Virus record (IMG/VR): IMGVR_UViG_3300034954_001794
Coordinates: 1 to 29,237 of that record
DNA from: a virus
Lineage: Duplodnaviria > Caudoviricetes
Length of the DNA: 29,237 nucleotides
Reading direction: 5' to 3' (one strand)
The position numbers and the translations under genes were made by a program. Within the stretch, counting starts at the first letter, position 1; each line of letters opens with the position of its first letter. Positions 8,599 to 14,413 of this stretch are shown piece after piece. Under the pieces are notes generated by a model that had not been told where the DNA came from, ran no database searches, and saw only the letters and a list, made by a program, of their open reading frames with translations.

Positions 8599-9509
8599 CG
8601 CTGGGCTCCCATTCTTTTCATGTTGTCAGCTTCCATCTTGTTCAATAAAGCCATCAGCATTGACTTACCCTGCAGGCCAGTCTCTGATGCTTTTTGGGAC
8701 ATCGTGTTCTGCATGGCACTGGTTGCCTGGGTGTTTGCCTCACGAGGCTGGCCTGTTGTTCCCAGCGGATTAGGACTCCCTTGTGAAGGGAAGAACTGAC
8801 CCTGATCCATCGCTTGCTGAATGGCTTCATCGCCAGGGCCTGAGCCTTCGTATGAATTGGCGAACTTCTTGTTGTATTCGCGCATCGCCAACGCTGGGTT
8901 AGCTTTCGCCCATTCGGCCATAGGACCTTCGTAACCCATGGCACCGATGATTTCGTCGCTCAGGCCAGCACCGACTTTTTGCTGAGCGCCGTAGTAGTCA
9001 GCAAGATTGCCTTCGCCAGACAGCTGGTTCTGCTGAGCCATGGCAAGCATCACCTTGCCAGCATCGGTGTCATAGATGCCAGTGCTTGGAGCGTATTGCT
9101 GACGCATCGCATCCAGTGCGGACTGCCGAGAGTTGGCATCGTCCGAGAGCATCGTCGAGGGCTGGACAACCTGTTGCCCGAGATCTGCTGCAAGCCTCTC
9201 CCTGGACTCTCTTGCAAGGGAGTCCATTGCTGCCTGGTTGGCTGGATTACTTGAGAGACGGCGAATGGCTTCCATATCGAGGTCAGCGCCCTGGTCGTCG
9301 CGACCAGATGCATCAGGGGAGACCCTGCCCGACCTTATGTCGAACTCACGCTTAGCTTTCTCGTAGCTGGGTGATCCGCCTGGGCTCATGCCAGGTGTGT
9401 AGTACTGATTGACCACGGGGCTCGCCCTTCTGTCGAACTCACGCTTAGCTTTCTCGTAGCTAGGTGATCCGCCTGGGCTCATGCCAGGTGTGTAGTACTG
9501 ATTGATCAT
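8595..9509 (-). CDS. Hypothetical protein with an N-terminal tandem duplication
   Basis: 304 aa, Q/A/M/G-rich. NQYYTPGMSPGGSPSYEKAKREFD occurs twice. Confidence 0.7.
   Translation of the reverse strand: MINQYYTPGMSPGGSPSYEKAKREFDRRASPVVNQYYTPGMSPGGSPSYEKAKREFDIRSGRVSPDASGRDDQGADLDMEAIRRLSSNPANQAAMDSLARESRERLAADLGQQVVQPSTMLSDDANSRQSALDAMRQQYAPSTGIYDTDAGKVMLAMAQQNQLSGEGNLADYYGAQQKVGAGLSDEIIGAMGYEGPMAEWAKANPALAMREYNKKFANSYEGSGPGDEAIQQAMDQGQFFPSQGSPNPLGTTGQPREANTQATSAMQNTMSQKASETGLQGKSMLMALLNKMEADNMKRMGAQR
9338..9505. repeat. Direct repeat, 2 x 75 nt, period 93 nt
   Basis: 9338-9412 and 9431-9505 are identical except for one position (agctgggtg vs agctaggtg). The period is a multiple of 3. Confidence 0.9.
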
Positions 9510-9512
9510 GGG

Positions 9513-9998
9513 TTACCTCCAGTTCATTGCGCCTTGGGCCTGCAAAATTCGAGTGCCGACCGCTGTGTCTGCTGGGCCAGGGACGCCCATGATGTATTCA
9601 GCTCCAGCTCTGTCGTATGCATAACGACGAACTTCATCGCGGCGATAATTCGCTACATAAAGCGTTTGAGCTAAGAGGTCGGTCTCTCTTAAATAGACCT
9701 CCCAATAGTCCTTTGAGGCCTTAAGCGGCTCGGACTGGAAGATCGCTCGATCCGTGTCACCAGTAATTCGCTCAACGCGACTGGGCTGCGGCTGGTCTTC
9801 AACCCTGAAGATCTGCGAAACCTTGAAGGCTTTATCGCACCGCTCAACGTGTTCAAGGATTCTCGAAAAGAAATAGCTATCCGGGATCCTTGCCAAAGCT
9901 TCTTCCAGCCTGGCGATATCGCCTGCCGGGAGATTTGCTCCTACGTTGTACCCCAAATGGAAGCGACAACGGCTTTTATCGAAGTCGTTGAGCTCCAT
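9513..9998 (-). CDS. Putative head-tail adaptor / neck protein
   Basis: 161 aa beginning MELNDFDKSRCRFHLGY, with an N-terminal RxHLGY helix as in head-completion proteins. Lies downstream of the capsid genes. Function inferred from size and synteny. Confidence 0.5.
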   Translation of the reverse strand: MELNDFDKSRCRFHLGYNVGANLPAGDIARLEEALARIPDSYFFSRILEHVERCDKAFKVSQIFRVEDQPQPSRVERITGDTDRAIFQSEPLKASKDYWEVYLRETDLLAQTLYVANYRRDEVRRYAYDRAGAEYIMGVPGPADTAVGTRILQAQGAMNWR

Positions 9999-10032
9999 GA
10001 TAAATCAGCGACCTGATCTAATTCTATGAGAA

Positions 10033-10464
10033 TCAAGCAATGTAAATTAGGTCTGCAGCGATTACTTCGTCCCAATCCACACGCCCAATCTTCTTGAGCT
10101 GATCGAAGCTCTTGAAACGCTCGCCAGGCAGGGAGAGTCGAAGTTCAATAATCTTCTTCGCTGTGGCATATCCGATGCCTTTGACATGCTTGGCAATAGC
10201 TTCAGCTGTCGCAGCATTGAGGTTCAGACGAGTGTCAGCCGGAATAATGGTTTCAGGCATTTTGTCTTCGTCAACCTCTACTTCAGCTGACTGAGGCTGA
10301 GGGACTGTACCCGTTCTACCTTTGTTTGCCTCATAGCTCTCAAGATCATTCAAGGCAACGTAAGCAACTTGACCGCTTGAATTCTTGACCATTGCCCACT
10401 CCTTGTCGTGGTAGCCAATGAATTCAACAAGCTGGCCAGTTTTAGTGTTCTGGTACAGAGCCAT
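10033..10464 (-). CDS. Helix-hairpin-helix (ComEA/HHH_3-like) DNA-binding protein
   Basis: RLNLNAATAEAIAKHVKGIGYATAKKIIELR...RFKSFDQLKKI. Start placed at MALYQN (10464) because the ORF-track extension to 10497 runs through a terminator hairpin. Confidence 0.8.
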   Translation of the reverse strand: MALYQNTKTGQLVEFIGYHDKEWAMVKNSSGQVAYVALNDLESYEANKGRTGTVPQPQSAEVEVDEDKMPETIIPADTRLNLNAATAEAIAKHVKGIGYATAKKIIELRLSLPGERFKSFDQLKKIGRVDWDEVIAADLIYIA

Positions 10465-10470
10465 ATGTAC

Positions 10471-10507
10471 AAAAAAATGAGGGCTATGGTCACCCAATAG
10501 CCCTCAT
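10471..10507 (-). terminator. Rho-independent terminator downstream of the capsid operon
   Basis: Minus strand: ATGAGGGCTAT-tgggtgacc-ATAGCCCTCAT, an 11-bp perfect stem running into a 7-T tract. Confidence 0.85.
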
Positions 10508-10528
10508 CCTAGGGAAACAATCGCCGTA

Positions 10529-11092
10529 TCAGGACTCAGTCAGATAAGGCAGGATTGTGTCATCAGTTGTGGCTACGTCGTCATCCAGGTAGTAGGAGAC
10601 TTCGCAGATGATGTAGCTGCCGCCAGTGGCCGTGGAGGTCAGGGCAGAGCCAGCGGATGCACCGGTGCTGTCGGTAACGAAGACCTTGAGGGTCTTTGCT
10701 CCGCTCACAGCAGTACCAGCAGCGCTAAAACGACCAGTGCCTGGGGCAACGGTGGTTGAAGCGACAGCCAGGCTGGCTGAGTTGGTTCCGAGCGGGCCAG
10801 AAGCGGCATCGCCCTTGTCCTTCTCCTTGCGGTTGTCAGTCACGCGCAAGCCGAGGGAGTAAACGGTTGCACCATCGGGCACTACCAGCCCGGTGATGTT
10901 TGCCCGAGGCTTGTCGTCATCGCGCTTGTCGGGGCTGGGGATGATCACGTCGAAAGACGTACCGCCAGTTGAGTCGACAAGTGCGTAGCCGATCTTGTGG
11001 TAGTACTGCCTACCGGGGACTGCAATAACGCACTGACCCTGGTAGCTACTCAGATTGGTAACAAAGTTACCAGGAAAAATTCTCTTAGACAT
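10529..11092 (-). CDS. Capsid-associated (decoration/minor capsid) protein, putative
   Basis: Directly after the major capsid gene with a strong GGAGGT RBS, and before the terminator, implying co-expression at a high level. Beta-rich, 187 aa. Confidence 0.6.
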   Translation of the reverse strand: MSKRIFPGNFVTNLSSYQGQCVIAVPGRQYYHKIGYALVDSTGGTSFDVIIPSPDKRDDDKPRANITGLVVPDGATVYSLGLRVTDNRKEKDKGDAASGPLGTNSASLAVASTTVAPGTGRFSAAGTAVSGAKTLKVFVTDSTGASAGSALTSTATGGSYIICEVSYYLDDDVATTDDTILPYLTES

Positions 11093-11108
11093 TGGTTACT
11101 TACCTCCC

Positions 11109-12242
11109 TCAGAATACGAATGAGTAAGCAACGGTAATGAAGTCGCGATTAAGCACTTCAAAACCAGCAAAGAGAGACCAGATCATAATAATGAAGCGAC
11201 TAAAGTCGTCATTATTGTTAAGCAGGATCTGGGCATTGTTTCCGCCGATGCCTACGCCGACTGCCTGAGGGCCGAAGAACAGCATGGGTGCAGCGGTGTA
11301 AACCTGCTGACTGCTGTTAATCGAAACTTCAAGGCTCTTCTCAGCCAGGTTGGTGGACTCAAACCAACGAACTCCCTCAAATAGGAATCCCGTTGGCATT
11401 ACAGGCTGACCAGCTACGAAACCTGCTTGTCCGTAAGCGGGACCCATGCCATAGAAGAAGTTGGCGTTGGGAGCCTGCTCAGGTTGCAGGGGGTTGACCA
11501 TACCGTTGCCGGCATATCGCGCGATTTCTCTAAAGGCATCGTTTTGCCTCAAGTGCATCATTGCAGTGGGATCTGCGATGCAACGGTAATAACCATCGGC
11601 GAATGTCGGGACATTGCGCTTGCGCATGTCCTTGACCACCTGAAGCAGGTCGGTCTTGACGTCAAACTTCGCAGACTCAGTAGCAGAGTAAGTCAGGAAG
11701 GGTGCAGACGCTGCCTTTGCCTTGCTGAGTGGGTAGTAGTAGCCACCCTGAGAATCAGAGGCTTCGCCATTCGCTTCAGCCTTGAACAGCTCGTCAGCGA
11801 AGACGCGGTCACGCCAGCGGCGGTAGTCATCCAGCAGGGTCAGAGAACCAATGCTTTGGTGGAAGACATTCAGGTTGCCGGTATCAAGCAGCAAACGCTG
11901 AGCGGTCAGCAGAGTTTCGCGCGCAACCTTGAAGGTGCTGGGCGAAGTAGCGTCGGCCGGATCCGCAGGACCCGTGTACTCCTTAAGGTTCACCAGAACC
12001 TTATCTTTAACAATAGAGCGGCTAGATGCAGTGCCCAGTGTTTGATCAGCTGTGCGCTCTCGGGAATCCTTATTACCAGGATTGCCCCAGAAGCGGTAGC
12101 GATCGAGCTGAACAGTTTGACCGGGTTGCTTAGCGAAATCGTGAACAACCACGGGCTCTACCGCCATCTCGATGATGTAACCGGGATGGGGCCGATAGAG
12201 TTCGGCACCTAGCAGCTTGGGAAAATCATTATCAATCCACAT
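11109..12242 (-). CDS. Major capsid protein
   Basis: Likely start MWIDNDFPKLLGAELYRPHP at 12242 (GAGGA upstream), giving 377 aa. Contains HDFAKQPGQTVQLDRYRF, GFLFEGVRWFESTN, FFGPQAVG and DDFSRF, an HK97-fold capsid pattern. Strongly biased codon usage. The ORF-track extension to 12515 overlaps the divergent gene. Confidence 0.85.
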   Translation of the reverse strand: MWIDNDFPKLLGAELYRPHPGYIIEMAVEPVVVHDFAKQPGQTVQLDRYRFWGNPGNKDSRERTADQTLGTASSRSIVKDKVLVNLKEYTGPADPADATSPSTFKVARETLLTAQRLLLDTGNLNVFHQSIGSLTLLDDYRRWRDRVFADELFKAEANGEASDSQGGYYYPLSKAKAASAPFLTYSATESAKFDVKTDLLQVVKDMRKRNVPTFADGYYRCIADPTAMMHLRQNDAFREIARYAGNGMVNPLQPEQAPNANFFYGMGPAYGQAGFVAGQPVMPTGFLFEGVRWFESTNLAEKSLEVSINSSQQVYTAAPMLFFGPQAVGVGIGGNNAQILLNNNDDFSRFIIMIWSLFAGFEVLNRDFITVAYSFVF

Positions 12243-12274
12243 GGATCGAGATTCCTCAGCTGAAGGGTTTATAC

Positions 12275-12293
12275 AGCACACAGATTGTGTGCT
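12275..12293. promoter_or_regulatory. 19-bp palindrome in the divergent capsid/LAGLIDADG intergenic region
   Basis: AGCACACA-gat-TGTGTGCT with perfect 8-bp arms. A minus-strand TATATT (-10-like, 12301-12306) lies 7 nt upstream of it. Confidence 0.55.
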
Positions 12294-12330
12294 CCGTCTT
12301 AATATAAGAAGAACGCATAGGGAACACTTT

Positions 12331-13041
12331 TTGGACGCAACGGACGTCAGGGGGCTCCTGGGCTTGCTTTTAGTGGATGGCAGTCTTGTGCCATATCGCA
12401 GTCCAGCAGGTGGATACATCCAAATGACACTCACGGCAGGCGTGAAGTCATCTGCTTTTCTGGAGGACAAAGTCAACGAGTTCAGACAATTCTTTCCGAC
12501 AAAAGCGCAAATCACTCCCTACAAGGGGTCAGCGAGAGAGAACGGTAAGCGGACAACAGTACTTCGGTTCCGAGTGTCAACTAACAAGCTGAGGGCCGTT
12601 TATAACCTGCTCTATCCAGCAGGGGAAAGAGCTATCACTCAGCCCACTTTGGATTTACTTGGTGCCAAGGCTGCGGCCTGGTGCTGGGCCGAGGGGGCTC
12701 GCATTGATACCAAGAACAGGGAGGCCCAATTAACCAGGGTTGGTAACACTTGGGCGGAAGCTTCAAGACTCCAGAACTGGCTTGCAATGCTGACTGGCGC
12801 AAGCGCTGAACTTAAGGAGTACAGACACAAGCCTCGCCTCTATTTCACCGCGCCAGAAGCAGTCAAGATTCAGCAGTCATTGATTGAGTACGCGCCACCG
12901 AGTCGTCTTCATTTATTTACAGGAGATATACCTGATGTCAGCGATATTCGTTCAGCGCGCACTGAGCTACTGCTTGGGGGTGGGCAGCATCAGCCTGCTG
13001 GGAAGTCGAAGACGCCCCTGGCTGCAGATCGTTCGGCCTGA
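12331..13041 (+). CDS. Free-standing double-motif LAGLIDADG endonuclease-family protein (LAGLIDADG_2-like)
   Basis: Motif 1 GLLGLLLVDGSL; linker YNLLYPAGERAIT...LDLLG; motif 2 AAAWCWAEG; C-terminal RLYF...LIEYAPPS. TTG start at 12331 is inferred, since earlier starts overlap the capsid gene or its promoter. Confidence 0.75.
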   Translation: MDATDVRGLLGLLLVDGSLVPYRSPAGGYIQMTLTAGVKSSAFLEDKVNEFRQFFPTKAQITPYKGSARENGKRTTVLRFRVSTNKLRAVYNLLYPAGERAITQPTLDLLGAKAAAWCWAEGARIDTKNREAQLTRVGNTWAEASRLQNWLAMLTGASAELKEYRHKPRLYFTAPEAVKIQQSLIEYAPPSRLHLFTGDIPDVSDIRSARTELLLGGGQHQPAGKSKTPLAADRSA

Positions 13042-13522
13042 GACCGAGAAGGTCTATCTCAACTACCAGCTCAAACAGCTGCGCCTCGCGCACTCAGGGC
13101 CGTTGGAGTACTTCTGGGATGTGATCCCTACTGATGGCTTCTACGACAAAACTCGTTTGCGCGTCCGTGGTGAAGATCTGCACAGGGCTTATGCACTGAT
13201 GTATCCAAGAGACAAGAAGATCATCACGCCGCAGGTGATGAGCATTTGCGGTATCGAGGGTCTTACTGCGCTTTGGTCAGATCGAGGGCGAGTGGTTGGT
13301 CGCCTGGGCAAGCTGCGAACTCGATTGAGCACAAACGACAATCATGTAATTGCTGACTGGTGCAACTCCAATGGATTTCCATGCACTTTGATTTCTCGCC
13401 AAGACAAGTGTTATGGGATTCAGTTCGACCGGGATAGCACTAAACATTTGATCAACAGCATTAGACCGCATATTCATAAGACGATGCGCAAGACCTTTGT
13501 CCGTGTCCCAGCGTTGACTTAA
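12935..13522 (+). CDS. Degenerate LAGLIDADG-family protein, probably nuclease-dead
   Basis: ATG at 12935 with AGGAG at 12921-12925. Motif 1 ALSYCLGVGSI; YALMYPRDKKIITP; motif 2 GLTALWSDRG; C-terminal IQF...LINSIRPHIHKTMRK. The acidic positions before each motif Gly are V and R. Confidence 0.7.
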   Translation: MSAIFVQRALSYCLGVGSISLLGSRRRPWLQIVRPETEKVYLNYQLKQLRLAHSGPLEYFWDVIPTDGFYDKTRLRVRGEDLHRAYALMYPRDKKIITPQVMSICGIEGLTALWSDRGRVVGRLGKLRTRLSTNDNHVIADWCNSNGFPCTLISRQDKCYGIQFDRDSTKHLINSIRPHIHKTMRKTFVRVPALT

Positions 13523-13542
13523 TCACTCGATAGGATTAAAGA

Positions 13543-13664
13543 GCCTCGAAGAAGAACTGCGTCAGAGGCGTTCTGACGTCAGGAGCCAGGGTTTTTGCAG
13601 TTTCAACTGGCTGGTAACCGATCTTCCTTGCAACTGGCCCTTGTGAGGAAGCGCCTGACTTTTT
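13543..13664 (+). ncRNA. Candidate structured non-coding RNA / cis-regulatory element (unknown family)
   Basis: Within a 169-nt gap. Helices: CGTCAGA/TCTGACG (13560-13578); GTCAGG/CCTGAC (13578-13583 with 13654-13659); AGCCAG/CTGGCT (13584-13589 with 13607-13612); CTTCCTTGCAA/TTGTGAGGAAG (13623-13633 with 13641-13651). Followed by TTTTT, with TAGGAT upstream at 13531. Confidence 0.45.
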
Positions 13665-13691
13665 ACAATCACAGCAAAACGGAAGATAAAA

Positions 13692-13904
13692 ATGATTGAC
13701 GAGAATGGCTGCGTTGATGGTTTTTGCCCCATCAAAAAGCCAGAGCCTGCTAAGCAGCCTGAGGATGGTATCTTTTTTGCTCCGATTGAAGATTCCAAGC
13801 CGAAACCTTCTGCAGTAACAGAGGACTCACGACTGCGTCAAAAGTTTTTGGATTTCTGTGATGAGCACCCATCTGATCCAGAATGCAAAATCTACGAAGT
13901 ATAA
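13692..13904 (+). CDS. cp12: CP12-like protein (C-terminal CP12 disulfide loop), auxiliary metabolic gene
   Basis: C-terminus FLDFCDEHPSDPECKIYEV matches the CP12 C-x8-C motif (YC..NP...ECxxY[DE]). 70 aa and acidic, with an atypical N-terminus. Confidence 0.75.
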   Translation: MIDENGCVDGFCPIKKPEPAKQPEDGIFFAPIEDSKPKPSAVTEDSRLRQKFLDFCDEHPSDPECKIYEV

Positions 13905-13953
13905 AACCATATTCTTTTTCCTTAGACTGGCTTCATAACCAAGCTGCAGCGGA

Positions 13954-14394
13954 ATGGCTGTCTTTAATAAACTGAACGGCTTCGTTGAGCATCTCAGCGA
14001 AGGCGTCCACAATCTTGGCAGTAATCAACTCGTTGTTGCGCTTAGCAATACCGCTCCTTCTGCCGAGTCAACACCTCCAACAGGAGCGACCACAACTTGC
14101 GTTCTCGCAAACGTCACTCAAATTAGTTACACAGGGCTTAGCTCTAGAAGCGTCACTACATCTACCTCTGCCCAGACTTCAGGAACATATAGGTTGACGC
14201 TTGCTGATCTGACGTTGACCTCGAGCGGGACGGTCGGGCCGTTCCGATATATCTATCTCTACAACGACACACCAACCAGTCCCGCTGACCCATTGATCGG
14301 TTACTTCGATTACGGATCTGCTCTCACTCTGAACAATGGCGAGAGCTTGACCATCGACTTTGACCAGTCATCAGGCGCACTGACGTTGGCATGA
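13954..14394 (+). CDS. Putative tail/virion structural protein
   Basis: 146 aa: MAVFNKLNGFVEHL...ADLTLTSSGTVGPFRYIYLYNDT...DPLIGYFDYGSALTLNNGESLTIDF, a beta-rich phage structural family pattern. Confidence 0.7.
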   Translation: MAVFNKLNGFVEHLSEGVHNLGSNQLVVALSNTAPSAESTPPTGATTTCVLANVTQISYTGLSSRSVTTSTSAQTSGTYRLTLADLTLTSSGTVGPFRYIYLYNDTPTSPADPLIGYFDYGSALTLNNGESLTIDFDQSSGALTLA

Positions 14395-14413
14395 CCCACC
14401 GCTTGAGGTAAGC

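Noticed and set aside
9338-9505. Repeat as a CRISPR array or DGR template/variable pair
   Set aside because: Only two long in-frame coding copies, no spacer series, no adenine-specific mismatch pattern, and no cas or reverse transcriptase gene in the window. The 342-nt repeat at 14795-15447 is likewise a domain duplication.
10780-10815. Possible in-frame deletion in the capsid-associated protein around AASGPLGTNS
   Set aside because: Based only on a recollection that similar proteins are longer here. The frame is intact and the sequence alone cannot support it. An alignment with homologues would decide.
11427-12212. 261-aa plus-strand ORF antisense to the capsid gene
   Set aside because: Shadow ORF expected from the biased codon usage of the capsid gene. 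No motifs, and fully overlapped by a well-supported gene. The same applies to the many short antisense ORFs over portal, terL and scaffold.
12243-12515. 91-aa N-terminal extension of the capsid ORF
   Set aside because: Overlaps the divergent LAGLIDADG gene and the promoter region. The ATG at 12242 has an RBS and a plausible N-terminus.
12331-13522. LAGLIDADG genes as part of an intein or group I intron
   Set aside because: No Cys/Ser...His-Asn intein termini, no interrupted flanking gene on this strand, and I could not identify group I core elements. The adjacent structured region is short.
13578-13660. tRNA interpretation of the multibranch fold
   Set aside because: No T-loop GTTCRA consensus, and the stem lengths do not fit a cloverleaf.
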